Assembly: GCA_013265495.1 (NCBI GenBank)
Contig: MU063832.1
Coordinates: 1,142,192-1,206,191 of the forward strand
DNA length: 64,000 nucleotides
Direction: 5' to 3'
Origin: Vicugna vicugna
Lineage: Eukaryota
The notes under the pieces are model-generated. The model made no database searches. It was not told the origin of the DNA and saw only the letters and a program-made list of their open reading frames with translations. The position numbers and the translations under genes were made by a program. Numbering within the stretch: position 1 is the first letter of the stretch; each line of letters starts with the position of its first letter. This document shows, one piece after another, positions 47,601 through 60,393 of the stretch.

Positions 47601-49138
47601 TTTATTGAGAGCCTACTATGTGCCAGATGCAAGGCAAAGACCTTGCCTCCATGTCCCATAGCCCTGGGTTTGGAATGAATCTCTTGCCTCTGCAGCCCCC
47701 AGCCCGGTGACTTGCTCAGTCACATCAAAGAACAAATGCTTGCCTTTCTGGTGCTTCCACTTCTATGTCAGTGTTGTACAAGCTCCTGGAAGACGTAGGG
47801 CGGGGGCGTCAGGAACAGCGGAGTTGCTACAGAGAGTGTTCTACCTGCACAGTAACTGCCGGAGCCTGGGAGTCTTCCCTACGGTGCAGGTACCTTCCAA
47901 AGTCGGACATCCCCCCGCAGTCCGTGCTGACAGCGAAGATTCCGCTGCTGCCCCAGCCTGGTGTGTGATGAGGGCGAGGTCCTGCACGGTCAGCAGGATT
48001 GCGAGATGGGCCCCACTGAGAACTCCCGCCGGCAGGAAGCACATGCGTCTCCCTTTCACCTGCACACGGGCCGGCAGGCATTTCCTGGCCATTGTTTGCC
48101 GGGGCTGCCACTGTGCTATTTCCATCCACCAGCCAAGCGGGGCTGGAGCTGGCCGGGCTCTTCCAGGCCAGCCTTCGGTGTGCCTGTCACCCAGGCCAGC
48201 ATCGCAGACCCTGGGGAGGCAGCAGCGGATCTGTCTGATCAAACTGCCTATTAACAACCAGAAGACACAGGAAAGAAGATGCTCTTGCGTAAAAATAAAC
48301 AAGACAGCCCCACCTCTTTGCACACATGTGCTTTCCAGCAGGCTTCTGTCCATCTTTACCCTTCTTGGTTGGTACCACTGCCTTAGGACAGTTTGGCTGG
48401 CGAGTTGCTGTTGGTGAATTCTTGTACCATGGCAGGACTGGGCTGTGAACACCCTTTGCTCAAAGACACAGACTGTTTACCCAAGATATATTGGGGAGAA
48501 AAGTTTCCCATGGAAAGACGTTTGGGACTGTGTGGTGGGCTGGCGGTGTACACTTGGTCAGTGTGTCGTGGGTTTTCTCATTATGAGCCTGAAGACTTAA
48601 GATCTATTTTCAGCAGCTAGATAACCACCTAGATTGCTTCCACCGAAGTGTATCCCTGTGCTGATGAGAGACCTCGCTCTGCTCTGCTGGAGCAAAAGCT
48701 GTGTCTACAAGATGAAAGCAGGGAAGTGTAATCAGATTAAGCTGGACGCTGGCAGTTGCTCAGTTTAGCAACGTGGAGTAGTGATTGCAGCTTCAGAGTG
48801 TGTATTTATTTTGTCCTCACTCCTGTGTGTGGTGTTTTCAGACGTCTGGGGCAGAGGGTGGGTGGACAATGTTAATCATTTCGTGGCTTAAACGTGATTC
48901 CAGACTCTCCTGAAAGAGGCGGCCATCAGAGGGCAGGGTCCCCAGGGTTCGTGCCACACTCCGCCAAGCCCCTCCAGCACCCCCCGACCCCCTGCTTGAA
49001 TGAGATGGGAAGTCCAACTCCTTTCCTTTCTCTGCAGACACCACAGCCAAGGTCGGGTTTGGTCCGGGGGTGGGGGGAGGTGGTGTCAGACAGGGGGACT
49101 CGGTGACTGCTCACAGACTCTCTCTGTTGTCCCTGCAG

Positions 49139-49208
49139 CGTGGGTCCTGCCACCGCCACCGCCACCACCACAGTCCCAGCGGCGGAGCGTTGATGCAGCT
49201 GGTGCACG
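49139..49208 (+). other. JCAD: JCAD exon 2, 5' UTR portion
   Basis: Pyrimidine tract and acceptor CTCTCTCTGTTGTCCCTGCAG| ending at 49138, with a branch-point-like CTCAC at 49110-49114. An alternative acceptor exists at 49037. Confidence 0.7.
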
Positions 49209-49489
49209 ATGTACAGTGTGGAGGACCTCCTGGTTTCTCACGGGTACAAGCTGCCGAGGAAGCCCCTCGCGCCGCACGAGGGTGACTGCGAGGGCCGCCA
49301 GCCAGCAAGGGCCAGGGCGCGGGCCGGCCCCGGGCTGCTGAACGGGTGTGAGGATGGCCCCGCCGGCTGCCCCCGTGGTGAGACGTCGCTGGGAAAGGGG
49401 CGAGTGAGCGACCCTGAGAGCAGTCGCCGCCGACCGAGGGTCCACGGGGAGCCCCCGGACGCTTCTGCTCGCAGGATCTCTGAGGCCGG
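49209..49489 (+). CDS. JCAD: JCAD first coding exon (exon 2), aa 1-93 plus 2 nt of Gly94
   Basis: Translates MYSVEDLLVSHGYKLPRKPLAPHEGDCEGRQPARARARAGPGLLNGCEDGPAG...ASARRISEAG, matching the JCAD/KIAA1462 N-terminus as I recall it (human MYSVEDLLISHGYKL...SEAG). ATG has A at -3, an in-frame TGA lies at 49191-49193, and the donor is GG|GTAAGC at 49489/49490. 281 coding nt gives phase 2. Confidence 0.97.
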
Positions 49490-52400
49490 GTAAGCTTGGT
49501 GGTGGACCCATTGTTTGCCTTTGACTCGGGTGTGTAAGTACATCCTTCAATACCTTGTATTTGGCTGGGGCCCTGGGGGAGGGGAGACTGGGCGACATGG
49601 ATGCTTCTGTCCATGGAGCGTTTGGGAGGCTCCATGCACTTAGAGCAACAGACCTTCAGGAAATAGCGGCGAGTAAACGAACTCTGTCCCACCAACACCG
49701 CCTTTTAATACTCAGCCTCTTTGTTCCCTGATAATCTCTCACATCTTTCAGCCAGGACTTGTTTAGAAACTCTGTAAAAGCCAGTTTATGTCAGGCACAT
49801 TTTGTTAGAACATTAAGCTCTCTCATGAACGTATTTCAATGTTTTGTACATTGCAGAGTTGAAAGAGGTATGTCTTCCCCTCCCCTTTCGAAAAAGAAAA
49901 CCTTTCTTCTCATACGTTCATACAGTTCCATTGGCTTCCAACCCAGCTTTTCCTTCCACACTCACACTGGCCCCAGCGTGGGTATCCCATCTGAATACAG
50001 CTGCGTCTGTGGGTGTTTTCTTACAGCAACAACGGAAAAAAAGAGGGGGGATTGGCCAGGGGGATGGGGAGGGAGGTAAATAAAGGGAATTTCGGCAGCT
50101 TGCCCCAGAGCCAGCACAGGAGGGGACCCACGGCCCCCAGCCAGGCACTTTCAACCTGGAGGAAACCTTTGCTATCACTTTGTAAAACTGTCTTCAGTGC
50201 TTCGTGGGGACCAGGCTCAGACCGGGGCAGGGGCTCTGCCCTGCAGAGTGTGCCATAGGCTGCGTGTAACCGGCCCAGGATGGGCCAAGGAGACGGATGA
50301 GAGCAGAGGCCTGACTTTAAGGGAAACAAACAAGCAAGCAAACAAGAAGGGGAGTGAACCGAGCCCAGAGGGAAGGAACCGGGCTCCCATGGTTAGAAGT
50401 CGCCCGTCCACGGGAAGGCTCTTCCTCGCTGGTCTGTAGCTTTCAGGCAAAGACGGGAAGGACTTTGCTCTTTTAAGTTGGAGCGTTCAGCACTCGGTGA
50501 CCGACTGCAAGCCGGGGTGATGGCCCCTCCTCACGCCCGGTGGAGTAGAAGCAGGTTTGTGTGTCCAGGTGAGGACCACCTCTTTGGCAAGGGGCAGACG
50601 TTCAGGAGGGAACCCAGGGTGGAGAAGGACTAGATGCCACTTTTATTTAGCCTTGGCCTTCTAATCTCACACTCGTGTCCACCACCGTCTTGGGCCTCTG
50701 TCTGCCACCATAGTCCCTGGAAAGCATCCCCGCCGAGGACTTTGGAAGAGGGTGCTTGTGAACACGGTAGCTGAGGGTCGGGGCAGCCTGGCTGCCACTA
50801 CACAGACCCCTGCTCGATGTCACCCCGCCTGCCTTGGTCCTGGTTTTGTGCGAGGACGCCTACCTCCTCCTTAGATCACAGGGCACCGAGGCTGGGCCTT
50901 GACTGCCCCTCCTTGCGTATTTCCTGCAGAGCTTGCCAGGCACACAGTGACCATACCCAGGGATCCAGTTCATTCTCCCCCCGTGGAACAGCTGCTTAGA
51001 AGCAGAAGGCTCAGTGTCTAACGAGGTGAAGACGGTGGCTGTGGAACCGGGCAAACGTGTCACGTAGGCTGTGTGGGGTCTGTCCCACGCTTGAAGGAGA
51101 TCAGATTTGGGTCCTGAGTGGGAGGCAGAAGAATTCTGTGTGGGCAGTGAGGCTCCCAACCCGTCCATATCTTGCTCAGGACCTTCCAGCCTCTATGTGG
51201 TAACAGGTTCCTGAAGACTGCGAGGGCCCCCAGCCCGGCCTCCATCACACCTGCCGGCAGGCTTGCTTTCTGTCATGAGTGACGTGCTCAGATGAGTGGT
51301 CGCATGCAGCCCTGGGCAGAGTTCTCAGCAGATCTGGCTGCATCCTGACATCGCTGAGGTTGGCTTCTTGACCTGGGAGGCACAGGGTGGCTGTTGGATA
51401 GAAGGGTGCCTTGTAGGGTGGGAAGAGGACACGCACACGTGTCTGCAAAGACCCACACCAGCGCCCACGGCCTCACAGACCAGCTGCCAGGCTTCCTGGG
51501 TTGAAATGAAAAGATGTTTTCTTTTTTTTGTGGCAACAGAGAACTAAAAGCAAGAGGCAAACGGAAAGGTAGGTGGGAGGAGAATTATTTTTCCCCTCAG
51601 AAAAAAAGTGCTTTGAGAGGAAATCAGCAGGTGCTAATATTAAAGCTCTCCCTGGTTGTGGTAAATCCTGTAAAAGAATTTGGCATTTATTTAAACACAT
51701 GTGAACTCATTGGATCAGACCTAGTACTGACGAGCCAAGGCGGCCGTGCAAGGGCGGAGTATTCCGGCGCGCTGGCTCACGGTGGCTGGGAAGTGGAGAA
51801 GTTTCCAGTGCGAGGACCTGTGGGAGGCGAGTCTGGGAAGGTTCTGGTGTGAGGAGGAGGCTTGGCTCCCGAGCTGGCCACTGAGGTCGTGGTGTTGGCA
51901 GCTGCATCTGAATGGGCTAAGTTTGGGGGGGGGCGATCAGGGTGGGAGGCGTGGGGGACCAGCACAGACACAGCAGAGCTCCCAGGGGGCCGACTGGTCC
52001 CGGGGCGGGGGGGTCTCCCTCCTTGTGGCTCCTCTGGGTGCAAGAAACTAGAGCCACATGCACGGAAGGGGAGGTTGTGGTGAGGATATAGCGAGGGTCT
52101 CGTGGCCCGTCCATGGGTGGGACACGCAGACTGGCGGGTCTCCTCCCAGGTAGGGATGAGGCAGCCGGGCCCTGGAATGGATCAGCTGATGACTGCCCGG
52201 GCCCTGGGTTGTCCCCTGCAGGACCTTCTCGATCTCCCTCCACGTGGTCACTTGTCAGGGCACCTCCTGGCCCTGTTGCTCCTCTGCTGGCCTTACCCCC
52301 TCCCCTGGTGGGCACCGCTTCCCAGCATCTTTGGCTTGGGCACTTGCGTGATGCTGCCGCCTCTATGTGGCAGTTTAGCTCCAGACCCCCTGTGATTTCC

Positions 52401-55400
52401 ACCCTGTGTCTGAGTTGACATTTTTGAGAGAGAATCCGTGGTTTGGGGCAGCCCTAGGCGCTTTGGCTTGGTTCGCGGGTCAGTCCTACTCGGTTGGTGC
52501 GGGGAGGGAGGCTGGACGGCGGGGGTGTCTGAGCCCCACTGCTCTGGGCAGAGGGGCTTTGGACGAGGGTACTTTCCAGGCCCAGGGTAGGGGCTGACCA
52601 TGCACCCCAAACATCCTTTCTTTTCTCTTCCCTGACTGGTCATTTATGAAGCCTGAAGATTTGGCATTGCCCCCTTCAGCCACTCACTCTGCACAGAGCT
52701 CACCTAGGTGCTCGACCACTTCTAAAGGGTCTCAGGTCATGGGCTGGGATGATGAAACTGGCTGTAGGCTTGGCATGAGAGTCACCCACGTGGTGCAGAA
52801 AAAATGCTCGCAGAGCATGTCCAGTGTCACTGCTGCATTTAGAGGTTTATAGCAGGAAAACCGTGACTGTCCGTGAAGCTGCACCCAGTCGGCGTTCTAG
52901 GCATCAGATGATTTAAAGCTGGGTGTTTATTGTGTCCCAATTTGGGCCGTGTCACCAACAACAGGGACCTATTGCGTGCTCCTTCCCGGTGGCATTTCTG
53001 TCCTCCCTGTGGCAACGTGAAAAGCACACCTGTGAAAATGTTAAATTTACATCTGTGTTCGGAGGTTATAGTGAGAAGGAGACTTGCAGTCCATCCGTGG
53101 CGCCAGGTTTAACTGTCTGTGCACCACTGCCCTGTTGCAAGGTTTGCTTGTGAAAACACATGTGCGCACACACACGATTAAGGGGAAACAGGGAGTTATT
53201 CCCCTGTTATCTCTACGTGGAGGAAACTGCAGACTTGGATGCAAGTAGCCATCACTGAACAGTCCTCAGCTACCATTAAACATGTGAAACACTGTTATCA
53301 GGCGTTCCCTGTTTCCTTAGTGTGTTTCCTTTGAAATGTTATAATCAGAGGAAGCTGTAAAATAGCGTAACACAGCAACGGTTCAAATCTGAAAGTCATA
53401 CCGTAGTCGGCTCTTCTCTGCTTAGCCCCAGAAGTCCTGGGTGAAATTTGTGCTAGCTCACCGGGCAATAGCTTGTAATCATCTTTTGTCATCAGCGCAG
53501 TGGTAACTAATGAGAGACCTAGCAGCCTAAGAGCATCTCTGATGTGGGGTCTGGGTCCCCCAGCTTGGGAGGCTCACATGTGATCAGGAAACATCGATCA
53601 GGATCGTGCTACCGGGCACAGCAAACAGTACATTTTCAGAGGCTTTTTAAGCTTCTCTCAAATCATATCCTGCTTATAATGGTTTTCTAAAAAGAGGAAT
53701 TCTTCAAGTTTGACATCTGTTTCCATGTATCTCGTGCTCCACAGAATCAGACCTTCCACGAGCGTCATGTGTCCTGTAGCTGCTCGCCTCCTGTCACGAG
53801 TGCGAGGCATCGCTACCTGGACCTCTTCACGGAAAGAAGGAGGAGTCGTGTGAGCTGGCGTGCTCACAGGCACACGTGGAGATAAGGCCTAGTTTCCCAT
53901 CTTCTTGTTGTCACCCCTTCTTCTGAGGTGCTTTGTCCTCATTCCCCAGCAGTGCCTGGACACTGTCCGTCTCCCCTGCACACACTCCCGGGTTGCTCTG
54001 CCGAGAGCCTTTGTTCCCTTCGTGCGTGAGGCAGCAGGAGGGCCAGTGCTGAGGGACAGGGAGGTGCAGCACGGCCTGGAACCTCACTGGTTTTGCCAGC
54101 CATGTCATCACCAACAGGATAATTGTTAGTGATGAGTTTCTTCTCTAGCTAGAGAGTCAGGTCAGTTAGGAAATACCCAGGTGTGAAAAGGGGGCCTAAA
54201 AAATACCTGGGTGGGTCTTGAGTCCCAGTCACTTTGTTTCAAAGCGAGCCCAGACTGGAGTCTGGTTGACATCCTGATGAGTCCCGGCCGTGGGACTCGG
54301 GGCCCTTACTCCCTTCCCGAGGGCGAGCATCCTGGCCTGTCCCGGGAGAGGATGGGCTGGTTCTCCTGGTGCCTTCGGGCCCCCCCATCACCGTCCCTGG
54401 CGGCTGCCTCCCCGCCTCTCCACGGCGCTAAGCTGAGCTTGCAAAGAACACGTGGCGCAGCCCCAGTGCTTGCTGAATAGATGAGCGACAGTGAAAGGGA
54501 GGGGCGGCCGGAGGTGTGTGAGAGGGAGGCGGATGCTTGGGCTGGTTGTTTTTCTCGGTGCCGATGGTGGCGGTGAAGGGACCACACCAGGGGAGAGAGA
54601 CTGTCCCTTGGTGGAAATAGAATATGTCTTTAAGACAGATAACAGGAAAAGACCCACACAGTCAGCCTTGCCTGTTGGATTGTGTGGCCTACTAGCTCCT
54701 CCTGCTTTGTTGGGAGGAACTCACTGCTGGTTTGCTGGCCACGGGCATTGCTCCTTCCCCTAGGGCCCGGCGGTCGCCAGAAGGCAGGGCCTGTTATGAC
54801 AGTCAGCGACATCGTTACTTCCTGTTATTGTGAGGGCCTCCGATGACAACTTAGAAGAGGACAATGCAGGCCTAAAATAACCCCCCGGCCGAGACAAACG
54901 CTCACTCCTGTGCTCTTTCCTGCACGCCCCTCACCCCCTGCCCCGGACGACGTGAAGAAAGAGTTTAGAAATGTACCCGCTCCACTGAGAATTGATTTTG
55001 ATTGGGTTAACGGTAGTACCAATAGCTAAAAACAAGGGTTTGTTACATGTTCAACACTCTGCCAAACAATTTAAACATATTATCTCACCCCCCCCCCCCA
55101 GCAAACTTAGAAAGGAAGGAATCATGACCATCCACTTGACCCGGACGGGGAGTCGGGGCAAAAGCAGGGAAGGATGTCGCAGAAGACACATGGGTAGAGA
55201 GCCAGGGTGCTGGCATCCGGACCCCCGCCCTGCACCTGCTCCTTGGGGACCGGCTGCATGTTCACCGGTGACCTGCCCACAGGCACCATCTCCTCACCCC
55301 GCTGTTCTCCCCGGAAGCCCTTCCTTCCTCCAGCTGGGAAATTGATCAGAAGGTGCACAGGAACCTGGAGTGAGTGCCATGTGGTTGCCGGGTGCCAGCC

Positions 55401-56013
55401 CGTCACAGGCGAGGCCCCACATCTGGGAGGGGGGAACGGCGTCCGCCCCACCTGTGTCCCTGAGAACTGCAGTGCCAGGTACTGACTTGTAAAAAGCAGG
55501 GACACCCCAGACACTCCTCCCTGAGGCAGGGCCTCTGACTTACCTTGCAGGAGTGAAAGGGCCTTACCAGACTTGGACCAAGGGTCAAAAGTCTGTTGAA
55601 GTCCTGCCCCAAAGATGGTGCAGAAAACCGCTGGCAACCACAAAAGAGCAATTTGTGTCTGTTTCTAAGAATATGGGCTCATCACGGTCTGTGGCAGGGC
55701 AGGTCAGCACCAGGGCAGGAGGGCCTCCAGGCTGAAGCTTTCCGTTCCGAGCTAACCTTCCTGGGGCCTGGACCCAGGCTCCAGTGTTCAAAACCCCTGT
55801 GTGGAGGAGGCCCGGTACTCGGGGGCTTTCCCCCCGTCCACGCATCAGCAGGTGCGTCCCCCTGGTGGATCTGCCTAGTTACCTGTGCGCGGGCGGGTAT
55901 CCTGAGTGCCCTGAGCTGTCTTCCTGCCCCGCCCCCTCCATGGGTCTAAAGTTAGCATCATTCATAAGCCCAGTCATTTATTATGCTTCCTCTTCCAGGA
56001 CCATTGTTAGCTG

Positions 56014-56302
56014 TGGGTGGTTTTTTTTTTTTAAATAACAAAACAGTAACATCCTGAGATGATCGCGCTGAATTTATTTCAGCTGAACCTATTTTATTTG
56101 TTATTTGTACTCATTTATCGAGACGTTGTGGAAAGCAGGCATGACAGCCCCTTATTTCTTTGGGTGGTTTTTTTTTTTTTAAATAACAAAACAGTAACAT
56201 CCTGAGATGATCGCGCTGAATTTATTTCAGCTGAACCTATTTTATTTGTTATTTGTACTCATTTATCGAGACGTTGTGGAAAGCAGGCATGACAGCCCCT
56301 TA
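56014..56302. repeat. Tandem duplication, 141/142 bp units with TTTCTT spacer
   Basis: 56014-56154 versus 56161-56302; identical except T12 versus T13. Confidence 0.97.
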
Positions 56303-59300
56303 GTGGTGCAACCCGACGATTGGGCGTTCTCTGGTTACATCTGTGCCGGTGCGGCCCGCAACCCTGGTTCAAGAGGAGCTTTGCCGAATAGTGGTCTTCA
56401 TCCATTGTGTTCTCAGAACAGCTTTATCTTTTCCAACTGACCTTAATTTTTGCTAACCTCAAACCTCAGTCTTAATCTCCCCTTGACCTTGTCATCCCCT
56501 TTCCACAGTGAGCCTATCTGTTGCCTGTGTCGGAGGGCTATTCACGCAGTGTTGTGTACTGAATACACCAAGGCTCGCTACAAGGTAAAGTTGCAGGCTC
56601 GCAGCCCCAAAGAGCTTCAAGGGTAAATGCTGTAGCAGGAGATGGCGGGCCCCACCCCAGAAACACGCCAGACATCTAACACGGGCTGTGAGTGTGTCTC
56701 TCCCGAGATGCTGCCCCAGGGCCCCTACCAGGAGAGAGAGCCTCTCCTTCAAGGACGGGGAGATCCTTTAAGTGACACGCTCTGCCTTTATGCTCAGATG
56801 TGCTTCTGGGCAAGACCGACTGACCTATGGAAGAGAGAGCGGCTTCTGAAGGATGCGACGCCGGGGTCTAAAGGTGATGGACAGCACCCGTCTCCGCTTG
56901 GCTGGGGGCCCTGCCGGCAGGAAGAACTTGCTGGACCTGGGACCACTTCAGCGGGGACTCCCACCCTCCACTGGACCTCCGTGGGGAGGACTAGACTTCA
57001 GGGGCTGCCCTGGGGATGGGGTTCAGCGTTTTGTTGGTAGAGTGGGGAGGGCACCTTTTCCTGCCCTTGGGGCGTCAGGTGCAAAGCTAGGCGCAGGCCG
57101 TCGCAGACTGGGGCAGCTCCGGGACCTTGGAGAGGACAGTCCTGCAGCGTGTGTGACTGTGATTAAAAGGCGTGGTGGATATTACCCTTCTAAGTAGGCT
57201 TTTACTTTCTAAAAGGAAGGTGGTATTTTCCGTTGCAGTTGAAAATGTGGCGCTTAAACGAACAGAAAGTTCTCCTAGTGTTTTTCATCATCTGCTTTTA
57301 TACATTCGGCAAGCAGACTTGCCTCTTTTTCTTTAGACATGCTGTTTTTCACATGTTCACATTTTAGATGTTTTTCAGACACTGTTTATCAGCTGTTTTT
57401 GTCGTCATCATGTGTCTCTTCTGATTCGCCAAGGAGCGGTTCCAAGTGTAGCTTCTGTCTCCTCTCCGACCTGCTCTCCCAGGAGTTCTGCACAAAGACC
57501 CTGCCTGTTTCAGTGACCGTGTTGACATTGCTTACGTGGGCTGTCACCCTCCACTTCGCTTTCCTTATCTCTTCCCCACCCTGTATCAGCGTGCTCATTT
57601 CGTTTCTGTAAAATGTCCCATTGTTAACTTTTTTAAAATGTAAATTATCAGTCTCATTTTTTAGAAAGAAAAATTTGATCTCAGCTTATTTCATCAGAGG
57701 TCCTAGAAAACAGATTCTTGGCTTTGAAGCCATAAGAGGTAGCACACATTTTAGCTGATAACAGACATCTTCCATGGAAGCCAGTAAATGTCCAACTTGA
57801 TCACTTGTCCGAGGGAGAAATTCGCCACAGCGTCACCCTGTGGGTCGACTTGTGCCTGTCACAGCTGGGCTCATTCTGGGGACAAAAGGGATGCTTGTGA
57901 AATAAATGCTTTCTAGTTCTCTATGTAATGCAGATTTTTGAAAAAGAGAGAGAGAGTATTTAAAATTCCCTAGGTGGATCTGAGTTTTCCTTAAATTGTG
58001 ATTTTTGGTGTATTGTGCAAGTGGAAAAAAAGTTTAGCCCAGAATGCTGAGCCATTTTAATTGGTTACAAATGGCAGTTTTGACAGAGTTAAGGTGATAA
58101 TGTGATTTCAGGGGTGGGGGATGAAAACTGACACCATCACTTGTGTAGGTAGCTGCCGCCTGTCTGTATTCTCAGCCTGTTTCTGTCTGTCTTTGTCCCT
58201 GTTGATGCGCATGGCTTGTACGGGGACAGAGAGCATCTTGGGACTTCAGCACTTAACCCACCAGGCTTTACTGAGAAGCCAGAGCATCTATTGAGAGAGT
58301 GAGCAAATGCCACGCAGGGTGATCTCTTCTGTAGGGTCAGGGGCCCCGAAGTTCGTTGAGGGGCCTGTACAGAGTAAGGCCGGTGCTTATTAAAGCCGCT
58401 TGGCCGCATCCAGCCCGCTCACCATCAGCTGCGGAACAAAGGCCATGAAGGAGACACTGACACTGGGCATTGACCACCTGCTTCCTCCTGATTTATTTTG
58501 GCCTCTCTTAATTGGGCCTGTGGCAATTGTCTCATCTTATTAAGCGGCACTTTCACAGTCTTGCCCTCGGACTTGGCACCGAGTCTAAGACCCTGAAGCC
58601 AGCAGGTGCTCAGGACCCTTAAATGGTTCATTGCCTGTATCAGCTACGGAGGGACAGCCCCAGGGGCATCTCTGACTGAAGGGACCTCGGCTTCCAAGCT
58701 CCAGATGGTGCTGCGCTGCTCACCTGGGGGCGGGTGGAGATGGGCCGGGAGGACCTGACCCAAGGGGCACTCTGTCAGCCTTCGAAACCTAAATGCTCAA
58801 AACATGATTTGATGACAACAAGCAGCAAAGCACTTGACCTTCACGCGCGCGCAGCGTTACGGCAGCTGCTCTGGGGCTGATGCTGGACCGCAGAGGGACA
58901 TCAGACCTTTCTTGCTTTTCCAGCCCGTGGCCCAGCTTTGCTCCAGTGGCTGCTTAACAGGCTCCTGGGGGTGGGGGGAGGCAGGATTTGAAGAGCTACT
59001 CTCACTTTTTAAGGCAAAGAAGGAATTCCCAAGTAGTAATAAATAATAACAATAGAAATATTATTAGTAATAGATTTTTACTGTTGATCTACCACCTGGT
59101 GCCGGAAGCACAGCCCGTCTTTCTGTCCGTGTGTGGGGCATGGTCCTCCTCCAGCCCGTCCCCACAGCTGCTCCGTTCCCAGGCCCTTCCCTGCTGTGGC
59201 CACACACGGCTAGGGGCCCGCAGCTCCGCCCCGTCCTCTACCGTCCTCACCCGGCCGAAAAGTGGGCTGTGGTGTGGAAGTTGTTCAAAACCACGAAATG

Positions 59301-59714
59301 TGGTTTCATGACACCTTAGCACATGAAGAAATGACCAGCAACCAAAGAAATGCAAATGAAAACCAGTGAGAAGTTCTTTTCACTTATCTAATAAGGAGGA
59401 AAATGGACTGTGATAACCAGAGCCGCGAACAGCTCTTCTCCGTGCCGCCGGCCCAGCCGGCATGGGAGTGGGGGCGGTTGGTCCGAGGTCAGGCTGCACA
59501 GCGTGATTCCCTGATCTGCCAGTGCCTTTTCTGAGGGTTTATTTTAAATAACGTGAGATGAGCTTAGTGTTTGTGAGCAATAGTGTTTCACAGAGCGTTT
59601 TAGAACATAAGCTACATCCGTGTCCAACAGCGGTATGATGGTGAAATAAATCTTACATACGTGATAGAGCTCACCCACTGAAACTCCGCACATGAGGAAT
59701 TTTTCATTATGTCA

Positions 59715-59955
59715 GAAGCAGTAAAACAGAGTGGCCACCGGGGCTTTGTGGTCACTCATCGGGTTTGAGTTCCTTTCCCACTGCTTATAAGCTGTGTGAC
59801 TTGGGAGAGTTGTTCAACCTCTCTGTGCCTCAGTTTCCTGCTCTGTAAAATGGGACTGACAGCAGTTCGTACCTCGGGGAGGGGGCGAGGGCTGGGGTGC
59901 TGGTAAAGCTGAAATGAGTTCACGTATAGAAAGCGCTTAGCGGGGACCTAGAGCA
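59715..59955 (+). mobile_element. MIR SINE
   Basis: AGCTGTGTGACTTGGGAGAGTTGTTCAACCTCTCTGTGCCTCAGTTTCCTGCTCTGTAAAATGGGA...AAAGCGCTTAGC. Confidence 0.88.
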
Positions 59956-60393
59956 CAGTAACCTTTATGTCAGCCTCGGCTGTTTGCATCACAGACGTCA
60001 GGGAGTGTTCACATAAAACCACATCCCCTGTAGAATAGCAGTCAGGCTGTCTGAAGTCCATGTCCCACCACACAGAGACTGGAAGATACGTATCAAAATG
60101 ATGATCTCTGGGGAGGAAGACTACAAGCAATTTTTGGTTTTTGTGCTTTTCCTGTATTTTTTCCAAATTCTCAACAACGAATACTTTTATAATTAAAAAA
60201 AAAAACCTCAGCACTTTTCGAGTTGAAACCTTTTCCGCTTAGCCCAGGGTTGATCAAGGTAGACGACCTCCCCAAGCTTCCTGCCACTTGGTGGGCTTTC
60301 TGTGTTACAGTCCTGTCTCTGCTCATTTCTAGCCAGCTTCGTATTTCTGCACAGTTTGACAGTGTTGTTCAGATTCTTTCTTCAGAGCTAGAA

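Noticed and set aside
47707-48452. 236-aa (+) and 203-aa (-) ORFs in intron 1
   Set aside because: GC-rich intron, GTG or weak starts, no recognisable protein or splice phase link to JCAD.
49117-49208. In-frame N-terminal extension of JCAD from the exon 1 ATG via an acceptor at 49116
   Set aside because: The frame would match, but the in-frame TGA at 49191-49193 blocks it.
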